Assembly: GCA_038280095.1 (NCBI GenBank)
Contig: JAYPYG010000005.1
Span: 10,346 to 62,837 of the forward strand
DNA: 52,492 nt
DNA from: Fidelibacterota bacterium
Lineage (GTDB): Bacteria; Fidelibacterota; Marinisomatia; Marinisomatales; Marinisomataceae
Reading direction: 5' to 3'
Shown here: positions 11,280 to 23,400 of the stretch, in pieces
Layout of the letters: every line of letters starts with the position of its first letter
How positions within the stretch are numbered: the first letter of the stretch is position 1
Position numbers and translations under genes: made by a program
The notes under the pieces: model-generated
Told to the model about the DNA's origin: nothing
What the model saw: only the letters and a program-made list of their open reading frames with translations
The model's database searches: none

Positions 11280-11591
11280 CTATACGCTAAATAAATCTAT
11301 ATTATAACCATCTATTAGTGTAACAATGGCTCTTTTTTTACTTTTAGCAAATCCATCAGTTCTTATAGTTCGACCATTACTTTTAACTGTCATTTGCTTT
11401 GCTTTACCTTTTCTGTTAGAAATTGCAACCTTAGAAACTTTTACATTGAATTTTTCTTCAACAGCTTTTTTAACATCAATCTTATTGATATCAGAAGGTA
11501 TCTCAAAAGCGTATTTATTCTCTGTTTCTTGTAAGGCTGTCATCTTTTCAGTAACAATAGGTCTAATCAAAATCTTTGAAAAATGCTTCAT
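11280..11591 (-). CDS. rplW: 50S ribosomal protein L23
   Basis: PIVTEK, NKIDVKKAVE..FNVKV, KRAIVTL. Confidence 0.96.
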   Translation of the reverse strand: MKHFSKILIRPIVTEKMTALQETENKYAFEIPSDINKIDVKKAVEEKFNVKVSKVAISNRKGKAKQMTVKSNGRTIRTDGFAKSKKRAIVTLIDGYNIDLFSV

Positions 11592-12208
11592 TAGTTTTTG
11601 CCTCCAAATCTATTTGAAAGATCCTCTAGTCCAGATACATCAATAAGTATTAATTCATTATCAAATAAATCTTTAACTGAACAAGAATTGGCTTTAACTA
11701 ATGAAACATAAGGTACATTTCTTGATGCTAGGGACAGGTTATCGTCAATTACTGAAGAGATAATTGTCAACTTTCTACCATCAAGATTATTTTTTCTTAA
11801 AAAAGATATAAATTCTTTGGTTTTAGGTTGATTAGGAAATGATTCAACCACTTTAAATGAATCATTTTTAACCTTATCAGATAATATGCATTTAAAAGCA
11901 AGCTGCTTAGTTTTAGCATTAACTTTCTTGAAATAATATTTTGGACTTGGACCAAAAATAACACCTCCTCCTCTATTCAATGGAGATCTGCTAGTACCTT
12001 GTCTAGCGTTACCAGTACCTTTCTGTCTAAAAGGCTTTTTACCTCCACCAGAAACCAAAGATCTGTTTTTAGATGAACTCGTTCCTTGTCTAGCATTATT
12101 CATTTCTGCAACAACAGACTGATAAACTGCTTGCGAGTTCATTTCAACTTTGAAAACATTGTCTTTCAAAGTAAAATCTTTACTGGTATCTATTGATTTA
12201 ATCTTCAT
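11591..12208 (-). CDS. rplD: 50S ribosomal protein L4
   Basis: RQGT, GGGKKPFRQKGTGNARQG, GGGVIFGP. Confidence 0.97.
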   Translation of the reverse strand: MKIKSIDTSKDFTLKDNVFKVEMNSQAVYQSVVAEMNNARQGTSSSKNRSLVSGGGKKPFRQKGTGNARQGTSRSPLNRGGGVIFGPSPKYYFKKVNAKTKQLAFKCILSDKVKNDSFKVVESFPNQPKTKEFISFLRKNNLDGRKLTIISSVIDDNLSLASRNVPYVSLVKANSCSVKDLFDNELILIDVSGLEDLSNRFGGKN

Positions 12209-12825
12209 TTTTTAAACAAAAATACTGGTGAATTATTTGCACCAGGAATTGCTCCCTTAATAAATAATAAATTATTTTTATTGTCTATATCTACTATTTC
12301 TAAATTTTTAACTGTTACATTATCTGAGCCCATTCTTCCGGCCATTCTCATTCCTTTAAAAACTCTTGAAGGCCATGATGCTTGTCCAATAGAACCTGGA
12401 GCTCTTTCAGTATGCTTATTACCATGAGTCGCATCTTGTCTTGCAAAGTTGTGTCTTTTAATAGTTCCTGCAAAACCTTTACCTTTTGATTTAGCTCTTA
12501 CGTCAATTATTTCACCGACATTAAAAATTGAAGCATCAAACTGTTGTCCAAGCTTATATTCAAAATCTTCTATAGACTTAAACTCTGCTAAAACTTTAGC
12601 TGTTTCTAATCCAGCCTTAGACAAATGACCTGTTGTTGGTTTATTAGTATTGTTTTTTGATTTTTGACCATACGCTAATTGAACTGCGTTATAACCGTTA
12701 TCTTTTTCTTCTTTAATTTGAGAAACAGTACAAGGACCAGCTTCAACAAGCGTGACAGGTACAACATGACCATTTTCATTAAAAATTTGGGTCATTTTAA
12801 CTTTTTTACCAATTAAGCCGTACAT
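12205..12825 (-). CDS. rplC: 50S ribosomal protein L3
   Basis: MTQIF, GYNAVQ, SKGKGFAG, RAPGSIG, MAGRMG. Confidence 0.98.
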   Translation of the reverse strand: MYGLIGKKVKMTQIFNENGHVVPVTLVEAGPCTVSQIKEEKDNGYNAVQLAYGQKSKNNTNKPTTGHLSKAGLETAKVLAEFKSIEDFEYKLGQQFDASIFNVGEIIDVRAKSKGKGFAGTIKRHNFARQDATHGNKHTERAPGSIGQASWPSRVFKGMRMAGRMGSDNVTVKNLEIVDIDNKNNLLFIKGAIPGANNSPVFLFKK

Positions 12826-12834
12826 TTTATCTAC

Positions 12835-13143
12835 TTATCCTCTAATCTCAATATCTACACCTGATGGAAGATCTAATTTCATCAAAGACTCCACAGTCTT
12901 AGGTGTTGAATTAACAATATCTACAACTCTTTTATGAACTTTTGTTTGAAACTGCTCTCTGGATTTTTTATCAATGAAAGGTGATCTCAAAACTGTATAT
13001 ACAGTTCTTTTAGTTGGCAAAGGAATTGGTCCTGAAATAATAGCTCCAGTTGACTTTGCAGTTCTAATAATTTTTTCAGCTGACTTATCGAGCAACTTGT
13101 GATCGTAAGCTTTTAATGAAATTCTAATTAAATCTTTAGCCAT
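12835..13143 (-). CDS. rpsJ: 30S ribosomal protein S10
   Basis: [28 protein letters not shown]. Confidence 0.98.
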   Translation of the reverse strand: MAKDLIRISLKAYDHKLLDKSAEKIIRTAKSTGAIISGPIPLPTKRTVYTVLRSPFIDKKSREQFQTKVHKRVVDIVNSTPKTVESLMKLDLPSGVDIEIRG

Positions 13144-13149
13144 GATTTA

Positions 13150-15234
13150 TTACTCTCCGTCCTTTGCTTCTGTTTTCATCAATTTTTCTGTAATTGAAGC
13201 AGGTACTTTTGCGTATTCACTAAAGTCCATATGAAAATTCGCTCTACCCTGTGAAAGAGATCTTAGATCAGTTGCATATCCAAACATTTCACTCAAAGGA
13301 ACTGCGGCCTTAATCTGCTGATTAGTACCTTGCTGCTCCATTGACTCAACTTTACCTCTTCTAGAGTTAATATCGCCAATAACATCACCTAAATAGTCAT
13401 CTGGCGTAGTTGCTTCTACAGCCATAATTGGCTCCATCAATACAGGATTAGCAGACTTGCAAGCCTTTGCTATTGCTCTTGAGCCAGCAACTTTGAATGC
13501 AATTTCAGAAGAATCAACATCATGATATGAACCAAACACTAATTCAACTTCAACATCAGGGATTGGATAACCGTATAAGACACCATTTTTTAACTGCTCT
13601 TGGATACCTGCGTCGACTGCTGGAATGTATTCTCTAGGGATTACACCACCAACGATACTGTTAATAAATTTATATCCTTCACCTTGCGCAGTTGGTTTTA
13701 CATTAATTACTACATGGCCATATTGCCCTCTACCACCAGATTGTCGAACAAATTTTTCGTCAATTTTATCAACTGGTTTTTGAATTGCTTCTCTGAATGA
13801 TACTTGTGGCTTACCAACATTGGCATTTACATTAAATTCTCTTTTCAAGCGATCAATAATAATTTCTAGATGAACCTCACCCATACCTGAAATAACAGTC
13901 TGACCAGTTTCATTATCAACTTTTACTTTAAAGGTTGGGTCCTCTTCGCTTAATTTATTCATCCCTTTTGCTAACTGATCTTGGTCGCCTTTTGAAACAG
14001 GTTCTATTGATACAGAAACAACAGGATCAGGAAACTCCATGGATTCTAAAGTAACATCGCCTTTTTCTGACAAAGTATGTCCAGTTCTAACATCTTTTAA
14101 TCCGATAACAGCAACAATCTCTCCTGCTTTAGCTTCATCTAACTCTTCTCTCTTGTTAGCGTGCATCTGGAGAATTCTTGAAACTCTTTGTTTTTCGCCA
14201 GTATTTGAATCGATACAGAAAGAACCTTTTTTCAAAGAACCAGAATATACTCTGATATAAGTTAATTTTCCTACAAATGGGTCAGTTGCAATTTTAAATG
14301 CGAGAGCAGTGAATGAACCATCAACAGAATTCTTAACTTCTACTCTATCCTCAGGATTATCAACAGATGATCCTTGAATACTTCCTACGTCTGTTGGAGA
14401 AGGAAGAAAGTCAATAACCGCATCTAATACTCTTTGCACACCTTTGTTTTTAAATGCTGATCCGCATAAAGTTGGAACAAAAGCACTCTCCAGACATCCT
14501 TTTTTCAAAGCGTCTTTAATCTCATCAGGAGATATTTCTTCACCCTCTAAATATTTTTCCATTAACGTATCATCAAAACTTGCAACTTCTTCAACTAAAA
14601 AGTTTCTCCATTTATCAGCATCTGCTTTTAATTCGTCTGGAATATCAATGTATTCAAATTCAGCGCCTTGAGAGCTTTCATTATACTGAATAGCTTTCAT
14701 ATTAGTTAAATCAATAATTCCTCTAAAATCTTCACCTGCTCCAATAGGAAGTGCAATTGGTAATGGCTTAGCACCAAGTCTTTTTTTCATGGTATCAATA
14801 GCATTGTAAAAATCTGCACCAACTCTATCCATTTTATTAATAAATGCTATTCTAGGAACATCATATTTTGTTGCTTGACGCCAAACAGTTTCACTTTGTG
14901 GCTCTACACCAGCAACTGCACAAAATACTGCTACAGCTCCATCCAGTACTCTAAGAGACCTTTCTACTTCCATTGTAAAATCAACGTGACCAGGTGTATC
15001 GATTAAATTAACTCTATTTTTATTCCAGTAAAAAGTTGTAGCAGCAGATGTAATAGTAATACCTCTTTCTTGCTCCTGCTCCATCCAATCCATTGTAGCT
15101 GCCCCATCATGAACCTCACCAATTTTATGAGTTTTACCTGCATAATAGAGCATTCTTTCTGTTAAAGTAGTCTTTCCAGCATCAACATGAGCCATAATTC
15201 CAATATTTCTAACGATTTTTAAATCAGTTGACAT
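13150..15234 (-). CDS. fusA: Elongation factor G
   Basis: [44 protein letters not shown]. Confidence 0.99.
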   Translation of the reverse strand: MSTDLKIVRNIGIMAHVDAGKTTLTERMLYYAGKTHKIGEVHDGAATMDWMEQEQERGITITSAATTFYWNKNRVNLIDTPGHVDFTMEVERSLRVLDGAVAVFCAVAGVEPQSETVWRQATKYDVPRIAFINKMDRVGADFYNAIDTMKKRLGAKPLPIALPIGAGEDFRGIIDLTNMKAIQYNESSQGAEFEYIDIPDELKADADKWRNFLVEEVASFDDTLMEKYLEGEEISPDEIKDALKKGCLESAFVPTLCGSAFKNKGVQRVLDAVIDFLPSPTDVGSIQGSSVDNPEDRVEVKNSVDGSFTALAFKIATDPFVGKLTYIRVYSGSLKKGSFCIDSNTGEKQRVSRILQMHANKREELDEAKAGEIVAVIGLKDVRTGHTLSEKGDVTLESMEFPDPVVSVSIEPVSKGDQDQLAKGMNKLSEEDPTFKVKVDNETGQTVISGMGEVHLEIIIDRLKREFNVNANVGKPQVSFREAIQKPVDKIDEKFVRQSGGRGQYGHVVINVKPTAQGEGYKFINSIVGGVIPREYIPAVDAGIQEQLKNGVLYGYPIPDVEVELVFGSYHDVDSSEIAFKVAGSRAIAKACKSANPVLMEPIMAVEATTPDDYLGDVIGDINSRRGKVESMEQQGTNQQIKAAVPLSEMFGYATDLRSLSQGRANFHMDFSEYAKVPASITEKLMKTEAKDGE

Positions 15235-15707
15235 TATCTACCTCTCCCAAAATGAGCAAATGCTTTATTTGCCTCAGCCATACGATGCGTATCTTCTTTT
15301 TTCTTAATAGCAGAACCTTCATTGTTAGATGCAGATAAAATTTCTCCAGCTAGTCTATTAGACATTGAACTACCAGATCTTTTTTTAGCACTTTCAATAA
15401 TCCATTGCGAAGCAAGATAAAACTGTCTTCTGGAAGGAACTTCAATTGGTACTTGATATGTAGCACCACCAATTCTTTTTGATTTTACCTCGACATGAGG
15501 AGACGCATTATTAAGAGCCTTCTTGAAAATATCAATAGGATCTTTTTTACTTTTATCTTGAACTATATCAAAGGCATCATATAAAATTTTTTCTGCAATA
15601 CCTTTCTTACCATCTGTAAGAAGATAGTTCATAAACTTAGAAATTTGTAAGTCATTAAACTTAGGATCTGGATTAATTGTTCTTCTTTCTGGTCTTCTTC
15701 TTCTCAT
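15234..15707 (-). CDS. rpsG: 30S ribosomal protein S7
   Basis: [26 protein letters not shown]. Confidence 0.98.
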   Translation of the reverse strand: MRRRRPERRTINPDPKFNDLQISKFMNYLLTDGKKGIAEKILYDAFDIVQDKSKKDPIDIFKKALNNASPHVEVKSKRIGGATYQVPIEVPSRRQFYLASQWIIESAKKRSGSSMSNRLAGEILSASNNEGSAIKKKEDTHRMAEANKAFAHFGRGR

Positions 15708-15709
15708 TA

Positions 15710-16084
15710 TTAACTCTTAGGTTTCTTAGCTCCGTAACGAGATCTACTTGTTTTTCTATCATTTACACCTGCAGTATCCAGTGAACCACGAACAATATGA
15801 AATCTAACACCTGGAAGGTCTTTAACCCTACCGCCTTCGATTAATACAATTGAGTGCTCTTGAAGGTTGTGTCCTTCACCAGGAATATATGCATTAACTT
15901 CAATACCATTAGTTAATCTGACTCTTGCTACTTTTCTAAGCGCAGAATTAGGCTTCTTAGGAGTAGTAGTATAAACACGAGTACACACACCTCTCTTTTG
16001 AGGGCTTTTCTCAAGCGCTCTACTAGCCGATTTATTGACTATTTTCTTTCTACTCTTTCTTATTAACTGATTAACAGTTGGCAT
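15710..16084 (-). CDS. rpsL: 30S ribosomal protein S12
   Basis: [27 protein letters not shown]. Confidence 0.99.
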   Translation of the reverse strand: MPTVNQLIRKSRKKIVNKSASRALEKSPQKRGVCTRVYTTTPKKPNSALRKVARVRLTNGIEVNAYIPGEGHNLQEHSIVLIEGGRVKDLPGVRFHIVRGSLDTAGVNDRKTSRSRYGAKKPKS

Positions 16085-16119
16085 ATATATATTTCCTTTT
16101 ATATTTAAAAGTCCGGGCG

Positions 16120-16148
16120 AATATATCGTTATAACACGGAAGAATCAA
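16120..16148 (-). promoter_or_regulatory. Putative sigma70 promoter of the rpsL-fusA-S10-spc-alpha transcript
   Basis: Minus strand TTGATT (16148-16143), 17-nt spacer, TATATT (16125-16120), then GC-rich discriminator CGCCCGG, in the largest intergenic gap. Confidence 0.7.
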
Positions 16149-16208
16149 ACTTTTTCTTCTACGCGTAGGATTATTCAAATTGGACTAAAAAATCATAATC
16201 TTAATAAT

Positions 16209-19200
16209 CTAACTTTGCTCTTCAACAATATCAGATTCTTCATCCTTGGTTAGCCTAACTTTATCAAGCTCAGGGAAACCTGTTCCAGCAGGAATTAACC
16301 TTCCTAATGCAACATTTTCTTTTAAACCTAATAGATGATCTGTTTTTGATGCTGTAGCAGCATCAGTCAAGACTCTTGTTGTTTCTTGGAATGAAGCAGC
16401 TGATATAAAACTATTTGTATTTAATGATGATTGAGTAATTCCCATTAAAATTGGTTCAAAGGTAGCTTGCTTAGCTTTATGGAACTTGATAACATTTTTA
16501 TCTTGAGACTTCAAATCTTTATTCATCTCTTTAACTTCGTTTTGTGAAATCATAGTTCCTACATCGAGGTTTGAATCTCCAGATTCATCAATAACTACCA
16601 TACCTTTCATACTATCATTATCTGCAAATAAATCCTGCTTATCTAATCTTTCTCCAGGGAGATATTTGCTATCACCAGGATCATTAATTACAACTTTCTT
16701 CATCATCTGATTAACAATTACTTCAATATGTTTATCATTAATTCCAACACCTTGAAGTCTATAAACTTCTTGAATTTCATCTACCAAATACTCTCTAACA
16801 GCATTTGGACCAAGAATCGTTAAAATGTCAGATGGAGAAATAGATCCCTCACATAACGGAGTACCAGCTGTGATAAAATCTCCTTCATGGACAACAACAT
16901 GTTTACCGTAAGGAATTTTATATGTAATTGACTTACCATTAGCAGGTACCACTGATACCTTTCTAACTCCTCTTTTAATTTCTCCGAATTCAACATTACC
17001 ATTAATCTCAGATACAACTGCTGGATTTGCAGGTTTTCTTGCTTCAAATAATTCAGCAACTCTCGGAAGACCTCCAGTAATATCTCTTGATTTTCCTACG
17101 TCTTTTTGAATTTTAACTAATGTTTGTCCTTTAGCGACATCTTGGCCATCATTCACAACCAAAGTAGCTTTGACTGGTAGAATAGTTCCCCCAGATAAAA
17201 TATCACCTTTTTTGCTGTAAATTTCAATTTGCGGACTTAATCTTCTATCTTTTGACTCTGTAACAACTTTCTGTTTTTTACCACCGTCAACAGCTTCTTC
17301 TTGATAGGTGTCGCCTTCAATGAAATCTTTCATTTTAATAACTCCAGACTGTCTTGCAAGAATTAAGTCTGTATAAGGATCCCATGAAAAAAGAGTCATG
17401 CCCTTCTTAACTTTGTCACCTTCGTTAACATTTATATTTGCTCCATATGGAACATTTAATTCATCTAAAACATTATCTTTTGAATCCACTATTGATAATT
17501 TTGAACTTCTTGATAAACATCTTACAACATTAAATCCATCTTCATCTAAAGTTTCAGCCGGTTCATAGTCGCTAGTAAACTTAGCAGTACCATTAAATCG
17601 TGACTTCTTATCAGATTCCTCCGCAATACGAGTAGCTGTACCACCAATATGGAAGGTTCTAAGAGTTAGCTGTGTACCTGGCTCTCCAATACTTTGGGCA
17701 GCAATAATACCAACAGCTGTACCTTTTGTAACAAGCTTTCTTCTAGTTAAATCCCAACCGTAACATTTGGCACAAACACCTCTTCTAGATTCGCATGTAA
17801 GAATTGATCTTATTTTTACACTATTAAAATTATTTTCAACTATAAGATCAGCCAACTTTTCATCAAAAATATCTCCAGGCTTAACAACAACTTCACCATC
17901 AATAACTATTTTTTCAGAAGAAGTTCTTCCTAAGATACGCTCTCCAAGTGATTCAACAATTTCTTCGCCTTCTTTAAGGTCAGATACGGTAATTCCATTA
18001 ATTGTTTTACAATCATCTTCATAGATAGTAACGTCTTGTGCAACATCAACCAGTCTTCTTGTTAAATAACCAGCATCTGCAGTCTTAAGAGCTGTATCAG
18101 CTAAACCTTTTCTAGCACCGTGAGTAGATATAAAATACTCCATTACAGAAAGACCTTCTTTAAAGTTAGACTGAATTGGACTCTCAATAATTTCACCACC
18201 GCCTATCATAGATTTTCTTGGCTTAGCCATTAACCCTCTCATACCTGCGAGCTGTTTGATTTGGTCACCACTACCTCGAGCACCTGAATCAGATGAAATA
18301 TATAATGCATTAAAACCTTGATCATCTGATCTTAAACCATCCATCATCACATCAGCCACATCGCTTGTAGCTTTTGTCCAAACATCAATAACTTTATTAT
18401 ATCTTTCACCCTCAGTCAAGACATGTCTATCAAAACGCTGTTGAATTTTATGTACTTCTTGCTCTGCTCTGTCAATTATATCATGCTTTGCATCAGGAAT
18501 GATAACATCGCTTATTGAAATTGAAACTCCGCTCATAGTAGCAGTTTTGAAACCAATATCTTTAAGATCATCAAGCAATTGGACTGTACGTTGATTTCCG
18601 GCTTTTACAAAAGATTCGCCAATGATAAAACTAAGTTTTTTCTTAGAAACAATTTCATCATAATAGCCTAATTCATCTGGGATAATGGAATTAAATATTG
18701 CTCTTCCTGCAGTAGTATTTTTATACCAAATTCCATTATGTCTAACGTTAATAATTGCATGCATAGCAACCTTGCCATTATCATGGGCAATTTTAACTTC
18801 GTCAATTGATCCAAATGACATTCCCTCACCAATCTGCCCTTTTTTGTCTCTAGTTAGATAGTAACAACCTAAAATCATATCTTGGGAAGGTAATGTAATA
18901 GGTTTTCCACTAGCTGGATGTAAAACATTCTGACTAGCCATCATCAATATTCTAGCTTCTAATTGTGAAGGTATTGACAATGGAACATGAACAGCCATTT
19001 GGTCTCCATCGAAGTCAGCATTGAAAGCTGAACATACAAGTGGATGAACTCGAATAGCTTTACCATCAATAAGAATTGGTTGGAAAGCAATAATTCCCAA
19101 TCTATGAAGTGTAGGAGCACGATTTAATAATACTGGGTGATCCTTAACAACACTTTCAAGAATTTCATAAACAAATGATTCTTTATTTTCAATCATTAGT

Positions 19201-20396
19201 TTTGCGCTTCTTGGTGTTGCAGCTAAATCTCTTCTTATTAATTCTCTTATTAAGTGAGGTTTAAATAATTCTAATGCCATATTCTTTGGAATACCGCATT
19301 CAGTCATTCTCAATTCTGGACCAACTACAATAACTGATCTTCCAGAATAATCAACTCTTTTACCAAGAAGGTTTTGTCTAAATCTACCCTGCTTACCTCT
19401 GAGCATGTCAGAAATTGACTTCAATGGTCTCTTTGAACCGCTTCTAATTGCGGTTTTACGTTTTGTATTATCAAAAAGTGCATCAACAGACTCTTGCAGC
19501 ATTCTTTTTTCATTTCTTAAAATTACTTCAGGTGCCTGAATGTCCATTAATTGCTTTAATCTATTATTTCTAATAATAATTCTTCTATACAAATCATTAA
19601 GATCACTTGCAGCAAATCTTCCACCCTCTAATGGAACTAAAGGTCTTAATTCAGGTGGCATTACAGGCAAAATAGAAACAATCATCCATTCAGGCTTATT
19701 GTTTCTATCTTGAGCAAAATCTTTTACAACTTTTAGTCTTTTAAGAGCGTCTTCTCTTTTTTGCTTTGATTTTGTTGTTGAACTTATTGTTTCTAGCTCC
19801 TGTTTAAGCTCTAATAAGTCCATTTCAGCAAGAGCATCTTTGATAGCTTCTCCGCCCATGGAAGCCTGGAAATATGATTCTTCTTCTCTTTCTTCCTGAG
19901 AAGCAGCATCATATCCAAATTCTTGATCTAATTCAAGGAAAGCTTCCTCGTCAATTAATTCAAATCTCTTATAACCACTTTTACCAGGATTAATGACTAG
20001 GTAATTCTCATAATAAATTACACTTTCTAATTGTTTTGCACTTTTACCTAAAATATAACTTAGCTTACTTGGAATTGATTTTAAAAACCAGATATGCACT
20101 ACTGGAACAGCTAAAGTAATATGTCCCATACGGTTTCTTCTTACTTTTTTAGTTGTTACTTCAACTCCACACCTATCACAAATAATACCTCTGTAACGAA
20201 TACCTTTATATTTACCACAGTGACATTCAAAATCTTTAACTGGACCAAAGATTTTTTCACAAAATAAACCATCTTTTTCAGGTTTATAAGATCTGTAATT
20301 AATTGTCTCAGGTTTCAATACCTCACCAAAAGATCCTTCAAGAATCTTTTCAGGAGAAGCTAATTTAATTGAAATACTATTTTTTGCTTTATACAT
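16209..20396 (-). CDS. rpoC: RNA polymerase beta' subunit
   Basis: Zn ribbon (CHC...CDRC), [16 protein letters not shown] trigger loop with SI3-type insert, SAASFQETT. Confidence 0.99.
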   Translation of the reverse strand: MYKAKNSISIKLASPEKILEGSFGEVLKPETINYRSYKPEKDGLFCEKIFGPVKDFECHCGKYKGIRYRGIICDRCGVEVTTKKVRRNRMGHITLAVPVVHIWFLKSIPSKLSYILGKSAKQLESVIYYENYLVINPGKSGYKRFELIDEEAFLELDQEFGYDAASQEEREEESYFQASMGGEAIKDALAEMDLLELKQELETISSTTKSKQKREDALKRLKVVKDFAQDRNNKPEWMIVSILPVMPPELRPLVPLEGGRFAASDLNDLYRRIIIRNNRLKQLMDIQAPEVILRNEKRMLQESVDALFDNTKRKTAIRSGSKRPLKSISDMLRGKQGRFRQNLLGKRVDYSGRSVIVVGPELRMTECGIPKNMALELFKPHLIRELIRRDLAATPRSAKLMIENKESFVYEILESVVKDHPVLLNRAPTLHRLGIIAFQPILIDGKAIRVHPLVCSAFNADFDGDQMAVHVPLSIPSQLEARILMMASQNVLHPASGKPITLPSQDMILGCYYLTRDKKGQIGEGMSFGSIDEVKIAHDNGKVAMHAIINVRHNGIWYKNTTAGRAIFNSIIPDELGYYDEIVSKKKLSFIIGESFVKAGNQRTVQLLDDLKDIGFKTATMSGVSISISDVIIPDAKHDIIDRAEQEVHKIQQRFDRHVLTEGERYNKVIDVWTKATSDVADVMMDGLRSDDQGFNALYISSDSGARGSGDQIKQLAGMRGLMAKPRKSMIGGGEIIESPIQSNFKEGLSVMEYFISTHGARKGLADTALKTADAGYLTRRLVDVAQDVTIYEDDCKTINGITVSDLKEGEEIVESLGERILGRTSSEKIVIDGEVVVKPGDIFDEKLADLIVENNFNSVKIRSILTCESRRGVCAKCYGWDLTRRKLVTKGTAVGIIAAQSIGEPGTQLTLRTFHIGGTATRIAEESDKKSRFNGTAKFTSDYEPAETLDEDGFNVVRCLSRSSKLSIVDSKDNVLDELNVPYGANINVNEGDKVKKGMTLFSWDPYTDLILARQSGVIKMKDFIEGDTYQEEAVDGGKKQKVVTESKDRRLSPQIEIYSKKGDILSGGTILPVKATLVVNDGQDVAKGQTLVKIQKDVGKSRDITGGLPRVAELFEARKPANPAVVSEINGNVEFGEIKRGVRKVSVVPANGKSITYKIPYGKHVVVHEGDFITAGTPLCEGSISPSDILTILGPNAVREYLVDEIQEVYRLQGVGINDKHIEVIVNQMMKKVVINDPGDSKYLPGERLDKQDLFADNDSMKGMVVIDESGDSNLDVGTMISQNEVKEMNKDLKSQDKNVIKFHKAKQATFEPILMGITQSSLNTNSFISAASFQETTRVLTDAATASKTDHLLGLKENVALGRLIPAGTGFPELDKVRLTKDEESDIVEEQS

Positions 20397-20408
20397 CTAT
20401 AATTTCCT

Positions 20409-23400
20409 TTAATCTAAAGTTATATCAAGGCCGAGACCTTGAATTTCCTTCATGAATACGTTAAATGCCTCTGGAGTAGTAGGATCTGGTAAATCTTCAC
20501 CTTTTACTAATGCGCTATACACCTTGGATCTACCTTCTATATCATCAGATTTAATAGTTAAAATCTCTCTTAATATATGAGCAGCACCATAAGCTTGAAG
20601 TGCCCACACCTCCATCTCACCAAATCTTTGTCCTCCGAACTGAGCTTTACCACCAAGAGGTTGCTGAGTAACAAGAGAATAAGGACCAGTGGAACGAGCA
20701 TGCATTTTATCATCAACCATATGATATAATTTCATCATATACTGATATCCAACTAATACTGGATTGTCAATTTTTTCACCAGTTAAGCCGTCGTACAAAG
20801 TAACCTTACCTGAATCAGGTAAACCTGCCTCTTTCATTTTAGCAGCTACTTCTTCTGGAGTTGCTCCATTAAAGACTGGAGTTGCATATTTTTCTCCAAG
20901 AATTTTTCCTGCCCAACCAAGCATGGTTTCATACAATTGTCCTAAGTTCATTCTTGAAGGAACACCCATTGGATTTAAACAAATATCAACTGGTGTACCA
21001 TCTTCTAAATATGGCATGTTTTCCTCTGGAACTATCGTCGCAATAACACCTTTATTACCATGTCTACCAGCCATTTTATCACCAATAGAAATTTTTCTCT
21101 TGTTAGCAACATATACTTTCGCAAGCTTTAGAATTCCAGGTTGTAATTGATCACCTTCTTTTAGCTTGAAAATGTCAGTTTCTAACCTATCTTCTAATTC
21201 ATTTAAATGTTTATGAAATGAATCAAAAATCAATTTAATCTTTTCCCAAGACTTAGGACCTGAAATCCAAGGCTCTTCGAGTGAAAATTGTTCAAAATTA
21301 AAAGTGCTGATTTTTTTCAAGGTTAATTTTGTACCTTTTTTAACAAGCACTTTATCGTTTTTGTCTTTTATACCTAGAGAAGATTTATCTTTAAGAATAC
21401 CACTTAACAATTTATCTCTAGATGCTCTTAATTCTCTTTCATTATTTCTTTTATCTTTTTGAAGCTCTTTGATAGCTTTGTTTACTTCAGCCCTAGATTG
21501 CTTAGATGTTTTTTCATATAAATCAGTTTTGATAACAACACCCTTTACACCAGGTTCGGCTTTTTTGGAAGCATCTTTTACATCTCCTGCTTTTTCACCA
21601 AAAATTGCACGTAAAAGTTTTTCTTCTGGGGATGGATCAGTTTCTCCTTTAGGAGTTACTTTACCAATAAGAATATCATCTTCGTTTACAATTGCACCTA
21701 CACGAATTAGTCCATTTTCGTCTAATTGAGCGGTTGCGTCTTCGCTTACATTAGGAATTTCAGGTGTTAACTCTTCTTCACCTCTCTTGGTATCTCTGAC
21801 TTCAAGCTCAATTTCGTTGACGTGAATTGATGTAAAGACATCTTCTCTTACAAGTCTTTCATTAATAACAATGGCGTCTTCAAAGTTGTAACCGTTCCAA
21901 GGCATAAAAGCGATCATAACATTTTTACCCAAAGCAAGTTCCCCACCTTGTGTAGAAGCTCCATCTGCGATAACATCATCTTTTTTCACATTATCACCAA
22001 CTTTAACAAGTACTTTTTGATTGTAACAAGTATTCTGGTTTGATCTAGAATACTTTATAAGATCAACTGTACATAAATCTTCGTCAGTTTTTAAAAGAGA
22101 TCCATCTTTATAATTACTATCTTTAATTACTACTTTATTTGCATCTACATATACAACTTTTCCGCTAACAGGTGAAAGCAAAACAGATTTTGAATCTCGA
22201 GCAACAACTTTCTCCATTCCAGTACCAACTATTGGAGAATCGGTTTTTAACAATGGAACAGATTGACGTTGCATGTTAGAACCCATTAGAGCTCGATTAG
22301 CATCATCATGCTCAACAAAAGGAATTAATGCAGCAGCTACACTAAGAATTTGGTTTGGCACAATATCTGAATATTGAACATCTTCAGAATCTACAATTGG
22401 GAAATCGCCTTTCGAACGAACTCTAACTTTAGATTCTGAAATAAGATTATTTTTATCTGACTTTAAACCTGATTGAGCAATATTTGCTCTATCTTCATCA
22501 TCTGCTGATAAATATTCGATAGAATTTGTAATCTTTTTGCTATCAATTTTTCTGTAAGGAGCTTCAATGAAACCATGTCTATTAATTTTAGCCATTAATG
22601 CTAGAGATGAAATCAAACCAATATTTGGTCCTTCAGGAGTTTCAATTGGACACAACCTACCATAATGGGTATAATGAACATCTCTTACCTCAAAACCAGC
22701 TCTTTCTCTAGAAAGTCCACCAGGACCTAAAGAAGAAATTCTTCTTTTATGAGTTATTTCTGCTAATGGATTAGTTTGATCTCCAAATTGGGACAATTGA
22801 CTTGTGCCAAAGAAGGTATTAATAACTGTCGTTACTAACCTTGAATTAATCAAATCTTGAGGAGTTATTGTTTCTGATTCTCGAAGATTCATTCTTTCAT
22901 AAACAGTTCTGACCATTCTAGCTAGGGCAGAGTTAAACTGAACTTTTAATTGCTCACCAACAGTTCTAACTCTTCTATTTCCTAAATGATCAATATCATC
23001 TGGAGCTCTTAATCCTTTTCTCATTTGAATTAGATATTTTAATGTAATTAAAAAATCGTCATGAGTAAGAACTGGATCATTTCCAGAGTTGTTTAAATTA
23101 AATTGTTTATCTAGTCTATATCTACCTACCTGACCTAAATCATATTTCTTTGGAAAGAAAAACATTCTATTAATAAATTTTTCAGCTGATTCAGGACTAG
23201 GAGCCTCACTTCCTCTTAAAAGCAAATAAACTCTCATTAGTGCTTCTTCAGTTGATTTTGTTGGATCTTTTTGAATTGTGTTATGAATCATCATACTATC
23301 AATGTTGTTTCTAACATCAACAACTTTGATAGACTTTGTTTTATTTTTCTTTAATGTGCTAATTATTGATTCATTTAATTCTTTGCCGCTTTCAACAAAA

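Noticed and set aside
13143-13150. Absence of tuf after fusA and of adk after secY as novelties
   Set aside because: A known arrangement in Bacteroidetes-related lineages; tuf is present at 27198-28391.
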